From assembly GCA_946413985.1 (NCBI GenBank), contig CAMKMS010000002.1, positions 42,094 through 106,093 of the forward strand: DNA of 64,000 nucleotides. Direction: 5' to 3'. This document shows positions 1-10,680 of the stretch, piece after piece. The DNA comes from an uncultured Mycoplasmatota bacterium (GTDB lineage: Bacteria > Bacillota_I > Bacilli_A > RF39 > UBA660). Under the pieces are notes generated by a model. It was given only the letters and a program-made list of their open reading frames with translations. It did not search any database and had not been told where the DNA came from. The position numbers were made by a program, and so were the translations under genes. The first letter of the stretch is position 1. Each line of letters starts with the position of its first letter.

Positions 1-530
1 TATTTGAAAGTGATATATTTGAAAGTGTTGAAAATGTTAATTTTAAAAGTCCATGCTATATGTGTGCTAGAATGAGAAGAGGTTATTTATATAATAAAGC
101 ACGCGAACTTGGATGCAATAAAATTGCTCTTGGACATCATATGGATGATGTAATTGAAACAACTCTTCTTTCTATGTTTTATTCTTCTGAAATAAAAACT
201 ATGATGCCTAAACTTCATAGTGATAATTATAGTGGTATTGAACTTATTAGACCAATGTTTTTAATACGTGAAAAAGATGTTATTGCTTGGGCAAAATCAA
301 ATGAATTATCTTTTATAAATTGTGCTTGTAAATTTACTGAAAGAAGTTTATTAGATGAAAATCTAAGTAAAAGACGTGAAATGAAAAAATTAATTAATGA
401 AATGAGTAAAACTAATCCTAATATAGCAGTTAATATTTTTACTGCACTTGATAATATAAATTTAAATTGTGTTTTAGGAACTAAAAAAGATGGAATATAT
501 AAAAGTTTTTTAGATGATTATGATAAATAG
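1..530 (+). CDS. tRNA 2-thiocytidine/PP-loop ATPase (TtcA-like), 5'-partial; the reading frame is open from position 3
   Basis: The frame is open from the window start. The C-terminal region has CxxC-type Cys motifs (CYMC, CACKF) and resembles the TtcA/TilS PP-loop family. Confidence 0.6.
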   Translation, partial: FESDIFESVENVNFKSPCYMCARMRRGYLYNKARELGCNKIALGHHMDDVIETTLLSMFYSSEIKTMMPKLHSDNYSGIELIRPMFLIREKDVIAWAKSNELSFINCACKFTERSLLDENLSKRREMKKLINEMSKTNPNIAVNIFTALDNINLNCVLGTKKDGIYKSFLDDYDK

Positions 531-567
531 AGTTTATATGATACAATAAAAGTAGGATGGTGATTAT

Positions 568-1008
568 ATGAAATTAGTAGCTTATTTTTCAGCAAGTGGT
601 GTAACAAGAAGTGTTGCAGAAAAACTTAGTGAAAAACTAAATGCAGATTTATTTGAAATTAAACCTGAAGTTTTATATTCAGAAAGTGATTTAAATTGGA
701 TGAATCCACTTAGTAGAAGCAGTAAGGAAATGAAAGATAAAACTAGTAGAGTTGATTTTGTGGATAAGTTAGATAGTATTGATAAGTATGATACTATTTA
801 TGTTGGATTTCCTTGCTGGTGGTATACATGTCCTCATATAGTTAATTCTTTTTTAGAATATTATGATTTTAAAAATAAAGATGTAAAAGTATTTTTTACA
901 AGTGGATCAACTGGTGAAGAACAAGTTAAAAAGTCATTATCAAATTATGAATTTATAAGTGAAGTAATTAGAATTAAAAATGATGAAGATTTAGAAAGGA
1001 TAAAGTAA
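568..1008 (+). CDS. flavodoxin-like protein
   Basis: The N-terminus MKLVAYFSASGVT is flavodoxin-fold-like. The gene is small (146 aa) and has an RBS. Confidence 0.55.
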   Translation: MKLVAYFSASGVTRSVAEKLSEKLNADLFEIKPEVLYSESDLNWMNPLSRSSKEMKDKTSRVDFVDKLDSIDKYDTIYVGFPCWWYTCPHIVNSFLEYYDFKNKDVKVFFTSGSTGEEQVKKSLSNYEFISEVIRIKNDEDLERIK

Positions 1009-1898
1009 TGGAAAAATCAAAAGTATATTTTGTTAAAGAAATTAATGCAGAAAATTTAATTAAAATATATAAAGCATTAGGAGTAGATCTTCCTGGTAAA
1101 GTAGGAGTAAAAGTTTCAACTGGAGAAAAAGGAAGTAGTGGATACTTGAAAGCAGATTTAATTTCTCCTCTTGTAAAACAATTAAATGGAACAATTATTG
1201 AATGTAATACTGCTTATCCTGGTAAAAGAAATAATGCAAAAGAACACATGGAAGTTGCTCGTGAACATGGTTTTACTTCTTTTGCAAATGTAGATATTAT
1301 GGATGCAGTAAGCGAGAAGAAAATACCCGTTAATAAAGGACGCCATTTAAAATATGATATTATTGGATCAAATTTTGATAATTATGATTCAATATTGAAT
1401 CTTGCTCATGGAAAAGGACATGCTATGGGTGGATTTGGAGCTAATCTTAAAAATCAATCAATTGGAATCGCTTCTAGAAATGGAAAAGCTTATATTCATA
1501 GTTGTGGACAAAGTGAAGATCCAGATGAATGTTGGAGTTGTAAATATGAACAAAAAGATTTTATTGAATCTATGGCCGAAGCTGCAGCATCTGTAAGTGA
1601 TTATTTAAAAAGTCAAAATAAACCAATTGTATATATTACTGTTATGAATTATTTATCAGTTGATTGTGATTGTGATAAAAATCAAAGTAAGCCAGTTATG
1701 AGTGATTTAGGAATAGTTGCCTCATTAGATCCAGTTGCTAATGATCAAGCTTTTCTTGATATGGTTTTTAATTCACAAGAAAAAGGTAGTGAAAAATTAA
1801 GAGAGAGAATTGATACTAGAGTAGGAAGACATATAACAGAATATGCTATGAGTCTTGGACTTGGAAGTACTGATTATGAATTAATTAATATAGATTAA
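1008..1898 (+). CDS. DUF362 domain protein
   Basis: This is a 296-aa ORF whose start overlaps the stop of the upstream gene. Cys-rich motifs are typical of the DUF362 family. Confidence 0.5.
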   Translation: MEKSKVYFVKEINAENLIKIYKALGVDLPGKVGVKVSTGEKGSSGYLKADLISPLVKQLNGTIIECNTAYPGKRNNAKEHMEVAREHGFTSFANVDIMDAVSEKKIPVNKGRHLKYDIIGSNFDNYDSILNLAHGKGHAMGGFGANLKNQSIGIASRNGKAYIHSCGQSEDPDECWSCKYEQKDFIESMAEAAASVSDYLKSQNKPIVYITVMNYLSVDCDCDKNQSKPVMSDLGIVASLDPVANDQAFLDMVFNSQEKGSEKLRERIDTRVGRHITEYAMSLGLGSTDYELINID

Positions 1899-1971
1899 TG
1901 TAAAGAAGACTAAAAAAAATAATAAAATTAGTCTTTTTTTGTTATAATTTAAGTATAAAATAGGTGATTGT

Positions 1972-2763
1972 ATGAATACATTAGTTTTTATTGCCGCACT
2001 TCCTGTTGTACTTGTATGTTTATATGTATATAAAAAAGATATAGAAAAAGAACCTAAAAGTTTACTTAAAAAACTTATGTTATGGGGAGTGTTTTCAATT
2101 GTTCCTGTTGTATTAGTAGAATTATTTTTAGATATTTTTTTCAAAGTTACTGGGGAAGAAATAATAATAAAAACATTTTTATATTGTTTTGTTGGAATTG
2201 GATTAATTGAAGAACTTGCAAAATGGATTATATCTTATAAAGTTGTTTACAAAGACAGAGAATTTAATGAAGCTTATGATGCGATTGTATATTCTGTATT
2301 TGTTTCTTTAGGTTTTGCTTTAATAGAAAATATATTATATGTAATATCAAATGGTGCTTTAACTGGATTACTTCGTGCTTTTACATCTGTACCTGCACAT
2401 ACTTGTACTGGTGTTATGATGGGTTATTTTTTAGGAAAAGCTAAAATTGAGGAAACAAATAATAATCAAAGAAGTTCAAATAAATATATGTTATTAAGTA
2501 TATTATTACCTGCAATAATACATACTTTATATGATACTTTTGCATTTAGTAAGATGAATGGCTCAATTGTATTATTTATAATATGTACGATTTTCTTGTA
2601 TGTTATCAGTCTTATATTAATTAAAAAAACATCAAAAAATAATGTTAAGTTTAATAGTAGTGAAATAACTAATGGTTATAATTTTAAATATGCAGTAAAA
2701 AATATTTGTATAGTAGTAGTAATTGCAATTATTATTTCAATTGTAATGGAGGTGACAATGTAG
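1972..2763 (+). CDS. prsW: PrsW-family intramembrane protease
   Basis: The protein is polytopic and carries the EELAKW and FALIEN motifs. Confidence 0.7.
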   Translation: MNTLVFIAALPVVLVCLYVYKKDIEKEPKSLLKKLMLWGVFSIVPVVLVELFLDIFFKVTGEEIIIKTFLYCFVGIGLIEELAKWIISYKVVYKDREFNEAYDAIVYSVFVSLGFALIENILYVISNGALTGLLRAFTSVPAHTCTGVMMGYFLGKAKIEETNNNQRSSNKYMLLSILLPAIIHTLYDTFAFSKMNGSIVLFIICTIFLYVISLILIKKTSKNNVKFNSSEITNGYNFKYAVKNICIVVVIAIIISIVMEVTM

Positions 2764-3450
2764 ATGAAAAAAATAGGTATTATATTTGCTATGAGAGAAG
2801 AATTAGATGAACTATTAAAAAGTGTATCTATCTCTCGTGAAACAACAGTATATGATGTTACATTTTATGAATGTTTGATTAATGATAATCGTTGTATATT
2901 AACAGAAAGTGGAGTTGGAAAAGTAAACTCTTCAAGGGTAACTCAACTATTAATTGATAAAATGAATCCAGATTATATTATTAATGTGGGTGTAGCAGGT
3001 AGTATTTCTAAAAATGTGCTTTTAAAAGATATAGTTGTTGGAACTAAAATGGTTGAACATGATTTTGATATTACTGAATTTAATCATGAAAAAGGTTTTA
3101 TTCCTGGAATAGGAATATATATAAATAATAGTAATGAATTAATAGATATATGTAAAAGTATAAATGAAAAAGATGTTCATTTTGGAGTTATAGCAAGTGG
3201 AGATAAATTTATAACTGATAAAAAAGAAGGAGAGATGATTAGTCAAGCATTTGATGGTCTATGTGTTGAGATGGAAGGGGCTAGTATTTCTCATGTGTGT
3301 TTTTTATGTGCCACTCCTTGTTTAATTATTAGAGGAATATCTGACTCAATTTATAAAGGAAATAGTAAAGAAACATATGATAATCTATTAAGTGAATCAA
3401 GTAATAAAGTATGTGATTATTTATTAAAAATTATAGGGAGAATTAAATGA
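2764..3450 (+). CDS. mtnN: 5'-methylthioadenosine/S-adenosylhomocysteine nucleosidase
   Basis: The N-terminus is MKKIGIIFAMREEL, the length is 228 aa, and the overall sequence is Pfs-like. Confidence 0.85.
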   Translation: MKKIGIIFAMREELDELLKSVSISRETTVYDVTFYECLINDNRCILTESGVGKVNSSRVTQLLIDKMNPDYIINVGVAGSISKNVLLKDIVVGTKMVEHDFDITEFNHEKGFIPGIGIYINNSNELIDICKSINEKDVHFGVIASGDKFITDKKEGEMISQAFDGLCVEMEGASISHVCFLCATPCLIIRGISDSIYKGNSKETYDNLLSESSNKVCDYLLKIIGRIK

Positions 3451-3986
3451 AAATATTAAAAAACAAATTAAAAAGTGAACTTAATATTAGAACTGAAATG
3501 GATTTTCCTACAAAAGGAATTGAATTTATAGATATTAATCCATTAATTATTCAAAAGAAAACATTAAAAGAAATTGTTAAAATATTTGTTCGTGAATTAA
3601 AAGATAAGAATATAGATTATATAGTTGCTCCAGAAGCAAGAGGTTTCTTATTTGGAATGGCAATAAGTGATAACTTAAATTGTGGTTGTATTCCAGTTAG
3701 AAAAAAAGGTAAATTGCCACCATCAACAGTAGCAGCAACATTTGATTATGAAAAAGAATATGGACGCGATACTCTTGAACTTCCTAAATTAGTAAATGAA
3801 GATTATAGTAATAAAAACTTTTATATAGTAGATGATATTTATGCTACCGGTAATACTGTTAATGCTATAAGTGATGCTATAAAAGGACTTGGGGGAAATA
3901 TTATTGGAGTAGGAGCTGTTATAAATATTGTTGAACTAAATAACAATAAAGAAGTATTCTCTTTAATAGATATAAACGAAAGTTAA
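3447..3986 (+). CDS. apt: adenine phosphoribosyltransferase
   Basis: The PRTase motif VAPEARGFLFG is present and the PRPP-binding loop is VDDIYATGNT. The gene overlaps mtnN by 4 nt. Confidence 0.85.
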   Translation: MKILKNKLKSELNIRTEMDFPTKGIEFIDINPLIIQKKTLKEIVKIFVRELKDKNIDYIVAPEARGFLFGMAISDNLNCGCIPVRKKGKLPPSTVAATFDYEKEYGRDTLELPKLVNEDYSNKNFYIVDDIYATGNTVNAISDAIKGLGGNIIGVGAVINIVELNNNKEVFSLIDINES

Positions 3987-3998
3987 TAAAAATAAAAA

Positions 3999-4040
3999 AG
4001 CGTTTTTAAACATTTGGAGAATGTTTACATGCTTTTTTTT
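3999..4040 (+). terminator. putative intrinsic terminator after apt
   Basis: An imperfect hairpin (gcgtttttaaacatt...aatgtttacatgc) is followed by a T8 run. Confidence 0.4.
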
Positions 4041-4076
4041 ATGTGTTAAAATTTATTTGTAGAATAGAGGTATTGT

Positions 4077-7000
4077 ATGAGAAAAGTGGTTAAAAGTTTT
4101 ATATTTATAATGGCATTATTTATTTTATCTTCATGTAATAAAGTAAAAATAACGTTTGATTATAATTGTGATAATGATGATAAACATATATGTGATGTTT
4201 CAAATTCAAAAATTGATTGTATAATACCTACACCTACATGTAAGAATTATGAATTTTTAGGTTGGTATGAAGAAAAAGAAAATGGCAGCCTTGTTGATTT
4301 AACTAAAGATTTTAATGAGAGTATAACATTATATGCTCATTATAGATTAAATGAGCCTATTATTTCGCCAAGCATTTTAAGTGAGTTAAAAGAAATAGAA
4401 TATACAGTTTCTTTTGACTTAAATGGCGGTATGGGAGATTCAATTAATAGCGTTAATGTATTAAATGGTAATGTTATGCCAGAGATTAATAAAAAAGCAC
4501 CAACTAGAAAAGGTTATACTTTTATGGGTTGGTATGATAATATTGATTATTTAAAAGGAATACAATACTATAATTCTAAATGTGAAAGTAAAGTTAAGTA
4601 TACTAAAGAAAGCGATACTATCTTATATGCAGGATGGTCAAAAAATGGAGAAAAGAATTATACTATAACTTATATATCTAATAATGGTACTGAAGATGCA
4701 ATTATTCAAAGTGCTGTAGCAGGAAAAAGTACAATATTAAGTAAAAATACATTTATTAAACTTGGATATCAATTTAAGAGTTGGAATACAAAAGCAGATG
4801 GAAGTGGAAAAAACTATTCTGAAGAATCATCTATAGTTGTTAATAAAGATATAAAAATATATGCGATTTATGAAGCAATTACATATAATATTGAGTATTC
4901 TTTAGATGGAGCTACTTTAGGAAGTAATGCACCAACTAGTGCTGTATATAATAAAATGATTAAGATAGATAATCCAAGCAAAAAGTATACAGTAACTTTA
5001 GATAATAACGGAAGTGGTAGTAATTTAAATATTTCTTCATTAGTTGCTAATCAAACTTTTGTAGGGTGGACTTATAGTAATGGAAATAATCAAACAGCAC
5101 AATATAAAAGTAATAAATCAAATAATAATGTAGATTGGACTAATGAAAATACAAAAGTAAATGCTAATCAATTTAAAAATTTAAGAACAGAAAATGGTAC
5201 AGTAAAACTAATAGCTAATTTTAGTAATAATCTTATAACATTACCAAATATAGCAAAGAATGGATATGTTTGTGGCTATAGCACTAAAACTAATTCAAAT
5301 GAAATTGAATATTTAGGTGGAAATAAATATACTCCAACAAGTGATGTAAAACTATATGTTGTGTGTACAAATACACCCCTAGAAACTAATAAAATACATT
5401 TTGACAAACAAGGCGGAAGTGACGGAAGCACTGATATAGTTGCAACGTATGGAATCACACTTCCAAGTATAGAAGTACCTACAAAGAAAGGATATATATT
5501 TGAAGGGTATTATTCGGGTAAAAATGGTACTAATTTAGAATATTATAATAAAAATGGAATAAGTAATAATAAATGGAACCAAAAAAACGATATAACACTT
5601 TATGCAAAATGGACAGCTAAACAATTAACGATAATCTATTATAAAAATGATACAACAGACAATAATTATTCTGATAATTATATTTATGATGAAAATATGG
5701 ATGATAATTACTTTGCCCCAAAAACTGGAATGGACATAAGAGAAGGTTATACATTTAAAGGGTGGAGTTTTAAAAAAGATGGTTCTGATAATATAAGATA
5801 TAAATTTAAAGATACAATTGGAGATAGTTGGTTTTTAAAGCAAGTCGGAAATGACGTAAAAAAAACTATAAATTTATATGCGATATGGGAACCAATTAAA
5901 ATTACAGTAAAATATGAATGTGGAAGCGGAACTACAGGAAGTGCTCCTGGTAATGCAACTGCCACATTTGGTCAAACGTTTACAACTTCAAAAACAACTG
6001 GTACATGTAAAAAAGCAGGTTATACATTTAGTAAATGGTATGACCCAACAGGAGATCATGGATGGACAAATTGGTCAGGAACATGGAGTTGGGTAAATGG
6101 AAAATATGGAATTGCAAATAATACATTAACACTAACAGCTCAATGGACTAAAAATGAATATACAATAAAATATGATTGTGGTACTGGTGCATCTGGTACT
6201 GCACCAACTAATCAAAAGGTATTATACGAAAACACAGTAACAATAGCTAAAAATGCAGGCAGTTGTGTTAAAACAGGATATTCGTTTAGTAAATGGTATG
6301 ACCCAACAGGAGACCATGGATGGACTAATTGGTCAGGAAAATGGGAATGGGAAAATGGTAAATATGGTATTGCAAATAACGTATTAACTTTAACTGCTCA
6401 GTGGATCCCTAATAAATATACAATAACATTTGATTGTAATGGAGGAACTAAACCAAGTGGAAAATTGGAATCAAAAACAGTTACATATAATCAAAAATAT
6501 ATATTACCAAGTGATTTATGCACAAAACCTGGTTATAAACAAAAGGAATGGAATGATCAAAAAAATATAAAGTGGACTTCAAGCAATACAGTTAATTGGA
6601 CATGGACATATGATTATAATCCGATTTTAAAAGCAGTGTGGGAACCAAAAACTTATAAAATAACATTTGATTGTAATGGTGGAACTAAACCAAGTGGAAA
6701 ATTAGAATCAAAAGAAATAAAATATGGTGAAAAATATACATTACCAAGTGATTTATGTACAAAGAAAGGTAATAAACAAACAGAATGGAGAGATCAAAAA
6801 AACACAAAATGGACTTCAAGCAATACAGTTAATTGGACATGGTCCTATGATTATAATCCAACTTTAAAAGCACAATGGACTGCAGATGAATATACAATAA
6901 AATATGAGTGTGGAGATGGAGTAACTGGGACACCTCCTAGTAATCAAAAAGTATTATATGGAAATACAGTGACAATTGCTAAAAATGCAGCCAATTGTAG

Positions 7001-8327
7001 TAAATCAGGATACAAATTTAATAAATGGTATGATCCAACAGGAGACCATGGATGGACAAATTGGTCAGGAAAATGGGAATGGGAAAATGGCAAATATGGT
7101 ATTAATAATAATACATTAACCTTAAAAGCTCAATGGGAAAAAAATACCGAAACATATACAATTAAGTATTATTGCGATTTTGCAAATTTATCAAATGCCC
7201 CTTATAAAACACAAACAGTATCAGCAGGAGATACAATAGCAATAGTAAAAAATGATTGCCCAAATAATACAGATAATATAGCTAAATGGTATGATCCAAC
7301 AGGAGATAATGGATGGACAAACTGGACAGGAAAATGGACTTATAAAAAGGGTCAATATGGAATAAATGATGATAATGTATTAATACTAACATCAGTTCCT
7401 ACAGGTAGAGTTATAGATTACTATAATAGTAGTACACTTAGATATTGGATTGAAAAGTATGGTAATGCAAATAACAGAACTGCTAATAACAATTATTTAG
7501 TAACTCATGTTTGGGTTAATGATTCTTATAATCAATTGAAAATGGCAATTACTAAAAAGAAAAATGAAAATCAAACAGAAGAAATTCCAAGAACATGGAA
7601 GCTACCAAAAGAAATAATGCAAAATGAAATTAGTGAAAAAAGTTTAAATAGTAAAGGTCTAGTTGCAATAAATACAAGTCCAATGATAGGAGAAAATTTT
7701 GAATATTGTTCAAATTGTACTGATAGAAATTGGATAGGAACAGCTAGAATACCACTTAAAATCCATGATGGCAAAATTATTAGAAATTCTACTAAGCCTG
7801 AAGAAGTCGGTAATGTAACTAATGACATAATTTTATATATGCTAGGCAAAGATGGATATTTAACATATTATTATTTTGCTGGAAGAAAAAAAGATGCATC
7901 AGATTATAATACTATAAAAAATGCAAATGAAGATACATATAATACTATTATTAATACAGTCAAGCCAAAATATACATTTGGATTTGCACCAGCACTATTG
8001 TGGGAAGGTAATAGAACAGGCGCTTCAAAATGCACATCGGATTTTTGTACTATACCAAATCTTCGTCAATCAATATGCCAAATTGATAAAAATAATTTTA
8101 TTACTATTACAACTCTTTCTAATGATCAAAGTAATAGAAGAGGAGGTTTAACAATAGATGCTTTAACTCTTATTATGTTAAGGTACAATTGTAAAGTAGG
8201 TATGAACCTAGATGGTGGAGGCTCAACTTCATATTTCTATAAAAAGAATAATTCAGCATTAAATGAGATTAATGGATCATATTATGGCCGTAAAAATGTT
8301 GAAATGTTATATTTTGTAGAACAATAA
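4077..8327 (+). CDS. large surface lipoprotein with more than 10 Listeria-Bacteroides (Flg_new) repeats and a C-terminal phosphodiester-glycosidase (NAGPA/DUF2233)-like domain
   Basis: There is a lipobox (LSSC). The repeat GYxFxGWY recurs and the C-terminal part contains NLDGGGSTS. Confidence 0.75.
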   Translation: MRKVVKSFIFIMALFILSSCNKVKITFDYNCDNDDKHICDVSNSKIDCIIPTPTCKNYEFLGWYEEKENGSLVDLTKDFNESITLYAHYRLNEPIISPSILSELKEIEYTVSFDLNGGMGDSINSVNVLNGNVMPEINKKAPTRKGYTFMGWYDNIDYLKGIQYYNSKCESKVKYTKESDTILYAGWSKNGEKNYTITYISNNGTEDAIIQSAVAGKSTILSKNTFIKLGYQFKSWNTKADGSGKNYSEESSIVVNKDIKIYAIYEAITYNIEYSLDGATLGSNAPTSAVYNKMIKIDNPSKKYTVTLDNNGSGSNLNISSLVANQTFVGWTYSNGNNQTAQYKSNKSNNNVDWTNENTKVNANQFKNLRTENGTVKLIANFSNNLITLPNIAKNGYVCGYSTKTNSNEIEYLGGNKYTPTSDVKLYVVCTNTPLETNKIHFDKQGGSDGSTDIVATYGITLPSIEVPTKKGYIFEGYYSGKNGTNLEYYNKNGISNNKWNQKNDITLYAKWTAKQLTIIYYKNDTTDNNYSDNYIYDENMDDNYFAPKTGMDIREGYTFKGWSFKKDGSDNIRYKFKDTIGDSWFLKQVGNDVKKTINLYAIWEPIKITVKYECGSGTTGSAPGNATATFGQTFTTSKTTGTCKKAGYTFSKWYDPTGDHGWTNWSGTWSWVNGKYGIANNTLTLTAQWTKNEYTIKYDCGTGASGTAPTNQKVLYENTVTIAKNAGSCVKTGYSFSKWYDPTGDHGWTNWSGKWEWENGKYGIANNVLTLTAQWIPNKYTITFDCNGGTKPSGKLESKTVTYNQKYILPSDLCTKPGYKQKEWNDQKNIKWTSSNTVNWTWTYDYNPILKAVWEPKTYKITFDCNGGTKPSGKLESKEIKYGEKYTLPSDLCTKKGNKQTEWRDQKNTKWTSSNTVNWTWSYDYNPTLKAQWTADEYTIKYECGDGVTGTPPSNQKVLYGNTVTIAKNAANCSKSGYKFNKWYDPTGDHGWTNWSGKWEWENGKYGINNNTLTLKAQWEKNTETYTIKYYCDFANLSNAPYKTQTVSAGDTIAIVKNDCPNNTDNIAKWYDPTGDNGWTNWTGKWTYKKGQYGINDDNVLILTSVPTGRVIDYYNSSTLRYWIEKYGNANNRTANNNYLVTHVWVNDSYNQLKMAITKKKNENQTEEIPRTWKLPKEIMQNEISEKSLNSKGLVAINTSPMIGENFEYCSNCTDRNWIGTARIPLKIHDGKIIRNSTKPEEVGNVTNDIILYMLGKDGYLTYYYFAGRKKDASDYNTIKNANEDTYNTIINTVKPKYTFGFAPALLWEGNRTGASKCTSDFCTIPNLRQSICQIDKNNFITITTLSNDQSNRRGGLTIDALTLIMLRYNCKVGMNLDGGGSTSYFYKKNNSALNEINGSYYGRKNVEMLYFVEQ
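5895..7390 (+). repeat. tandem in-frame coding repeats, each about 240 bp: unit A three times (5895-6154, 6155-6413, 6888-7137), unit B twice (6414-6647, 6648-6887), and one degenerate copy
   Basis: Nucleotide identity is near perfect, for example the stretch aaatggtatgacccaacaggagaccatggatgg...ggaaaatgggaatgggaaaatgg at about 6295-6360 and again at about 7025-7095. Confidence 0.85.
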
Positions 8328-8345
8328 ATTGTTTATAATTATGAA

Positions 8346-8385
8346 AGTATAAATTCATTAATAAATGATTTATACTTTTTATTTT
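8346..8385 (+). terminator. intrinsic terminator after the lipoprotein gene
   Basis: The stem agtataaat/atttatact is followed by a T-rich tract. Confidence 0.5.
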
Positions 8386-8456
8386 ATTTGAATAAAAGAT
8401 ATGTTAAAATAATAGATAGATAAAGGACATATTATGTGTTTAAATAAGGAGTAATT

Positions 8457-10013
8457 ATGTATAGGAATGAAAAATTATTAATTGGTAAAAATGAAAATAA
8501 AGAAGTTTGTATTTTACCAAACATGGCTAATCGTCATGGTCTTATTACTGGAGCAAGTGGTTCTGGTAAAACTGTTACATTAAAAGTGTTATCAGAAAGT
8601 TTTTCTGATGCAGGTGTTCCAGTATTTGTTGTTGATGTTAAAGGTGATCTTGCTGGTATGCCTTTTCAAGGTGAAGCAAGCGAAAGCATATTAAAAAGAG
8701 TTGAAAAATTGGGACTTGAAGATTTTGAACTTAAAAGTTTTCCAACAACATATTATGATGTTTATGGTAAAAATGGACATCCTATTCGTGCAACTGTAAA
8801 AAGCATTGGTTCAAGATTACTATCTCGTATGTTAGATTTAACAGATACTCAAGAAGAAGTACTAGGTGTAACATTTAGAGTTGCTGATGATGAAAATCTT
8901 GAACTTATTGATTTAAAAGATCTTGATGCATTATTAAATCATGTAATTGATAATAGACAACATTATAGTGTTAAATATGGAAATATTTCAACTCAAAGTG
9001 TTACATCAATTAAAAGAGCAGTTCTTAATTTAGAAGATGCTGGAGGAAATTTATTCTTTGGAACTCCTTCATTTGATATAAAAGATTTTATGAAATATGA
9101 TTCTGAAACTGGAAGAGGATATATAAATATTTTAGATGCTCAAAGCTTGTTTAAAAATCCAACAACTTATGTAGTATTAATATTATGGCTTCTAACAACA
9201 TTATTTAATGAATTAGAAGAAGTTGGAGATTTAAAAAAACCAAAACTTGTATTCTTCTTTGATGAAGCACATTTAATATTTAGCGAAATGAAAGAAAATG
9301 TTATTAAGAGTTTAATTCAAATAGTAAAACTAATTAGATCTAAAGGAGTGGGACTATATTTCATTAGTCAAAGCCCTAGTGATATTAATGATGAAATATT
9401 AAGTCAACTTGGAAATAGAGTACAACATGTATTAAGAGCATATACAAAAACTGATGAAAAAAGTATTACTGCAGCAGCAAATGGATTTAGAAGTAATCCT
9501 GAGTTTGATACTGCAGAAATGATTAGACTTTTAGGAACTGGGGAAGCATTAGTATCATTCCAAAATGAAAAAGGTGAACCAGAAATAGTTGAAAAAGTTA
9601 CAATTCTACCACCTCAAAGTAGAATGGGAACTATAACTGATTATGAAAGAGCTGAACTAATTAAGAATAGTAGATTATATGGTAAATATGAAGAGGTAAA
9701 AGATTTAGAAAGTGCTAGTGAAAAATTAGAAAAGCAAAAAGAAGATAAGAAGAGAAAAGAAGAGGAAGAAGCTAGAGAACTTGAATACAAAAAGAGAGAA
9801 GAAGAATTAAAGAAAAGAGAAGAAGAATTAAAATTAAAAGAAGAGAAAATTCAAGCAAAAACATATTCTGCTCCACTTAAAACATCAAGTAAATCTAGTT
9901 CTAAGAAAGGTAAATCAATAACTGAAAAAGTTGGAGATCAACTTGTTAATAAAACAATTGGTAAAGCCACTAGTAAAGTTGTAAATTCTTTGTGGAAAAA
10001 TATATTTAAATAA
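8457..10013 (+). CDS. HerA/DUF853-like P-loop ATPase with a Lys/Glu-rich C-terminal tail
   Basis: The Walker A motif is GASGSGKT and the Walker B motif is VFFFDEAH. The tail contains KREEELKKREEELKLKEEK. Confidence 0.7.
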   Translation: MYRNEKLLIGKNENKEVCILPNMANRHGLITGASGSGKTVTLKVLSESFSDAGVPVFVVDVKGDLAGMPFQGEASESILKRVEKLGLEDFELKSFPTTYYDVYGKNGHPIRATVKSIGSRLLSRMLDLTDTQEEVLGVTFRVADDENLELIDLKDLDALLNHVIDNRQHYSVKYGNISTQSVTSIKRAVLNLEDAGGNLFFGTPSFDIKDFMKYDSETGRGYINILDAQSLFKNPTTYVVLILWLLTTLFNELEEVGDLKKPKLVFFFDEAHLIFSEMKENVIKSLIQIVKLIRSKGVGLYFISQSPSDINDEILSQLGNRVQHVLRAYTKTDEKSITAAANGFRSNPEFDTAEMIRLLGTGEALVSFQNEKGEPEIVEKVTILPPQSRMGTITDYERAELIKNSRLYGKYEEVKDLESASEKLEKQKEDKKRKEEEEARELEYKKREEELKKREEELKLKEEKIQAKTYSAPLKTSSKSSSKKGKSITEKVGDQLVNKTIGKATSKVVNSLWKNIFK

Positions 10014-10023
10014 AAGGTATGTT

Positions 10024-10680
10024 ATGCAAATAATTGACAAAAATGATTGTTATGTTAGTAAAGACGATTTATTATACTTATTTGATAATGATGAGTGTAT
10101 GCCTCTAAGTCTTCAAATAGAATTAAGAAGTGCATTAATAAATAATTCAGATTATGTAAAAGTAAATGATGAAATTGGTTTAGAATACATTTATAATAGT
10201 AGTGTTCCTACATTTAATGATTTATCAAAGTTAAAAATAGCTGAATTAAAAAGAAGAATACATGCTATTATTATTGAAGATATGATTAGAGATAATGAGG
10301 GAGAAAACTTACCTTTAAATGAAGTAATAAGAGAAAAAAGAAATAGACAGTATATGATAAAGCAATTAAAAGAAATGATTGCTTTTAAAAAGAAAAAACC
10401 AAAAGTATTATATCCTGATATTCCATACCCATATTTAACGGGTATTACTAATGGAAATTATAATGCTTGTTCATCATATAATTTTGATAGAGTTATTATT
10501 TATAATATAGATGGAAGTATAGTTAGTGATGTAGATGATATAGAATTTTGTAAAAGTTCATTTAGATTATTAACTTATAATACTAATCCTGATGATGAAT
10601 TAGATATGAATTTTGATGGAAATTACTTTGTTGTAAAAAGTAAACAGAAAAATTTAAAAAGAAAAAGAATAGTTGACTAA
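10024..10680 (+). CDS. hypothetical protein
   Basis: This is a 218-aa ORF with no recognisable motif. Confidence 0.4.
   Translation: MQIIDKNDCYVSKDDLLYLFDNDECMPLSLQIELRSALINNSDYVKVNDEIGLEYIYNSSVPTFNDLSKLKIAELKRRIHAIIIEDMIRDNEGENLPLNEVIREKRNRQYMIKQLKEMIAFKKKKPKVLYPDIPYPYLTGITNGNYNACSSYNFDRVIIYNIDGSIVSDVDDIEFCKSSFRLLTYNTNPDDELDMNFDGNYFVVKSKQKNLKRKRIVD

Noticed and set aside
5895-7390. Repeat array considered as a possible CRISPR
   Set aside because: The repeats are about 240 bp, in-frame and protein-coding with no short spacers. They are tandem domain repeats, not CRISPR.
5276-8151. Short antisense or alternative-frame ORFs inside the lipoprotein gene (5276-5458, 5747-5965, 5914-6096, 7571-7849, 7921-8151)
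   Set aside because: They are entirely nested in a long, repeat-validated coding frame. They are hydrophobic or low-complexity, as expected of shadow ORFs in AT-rich DNA.
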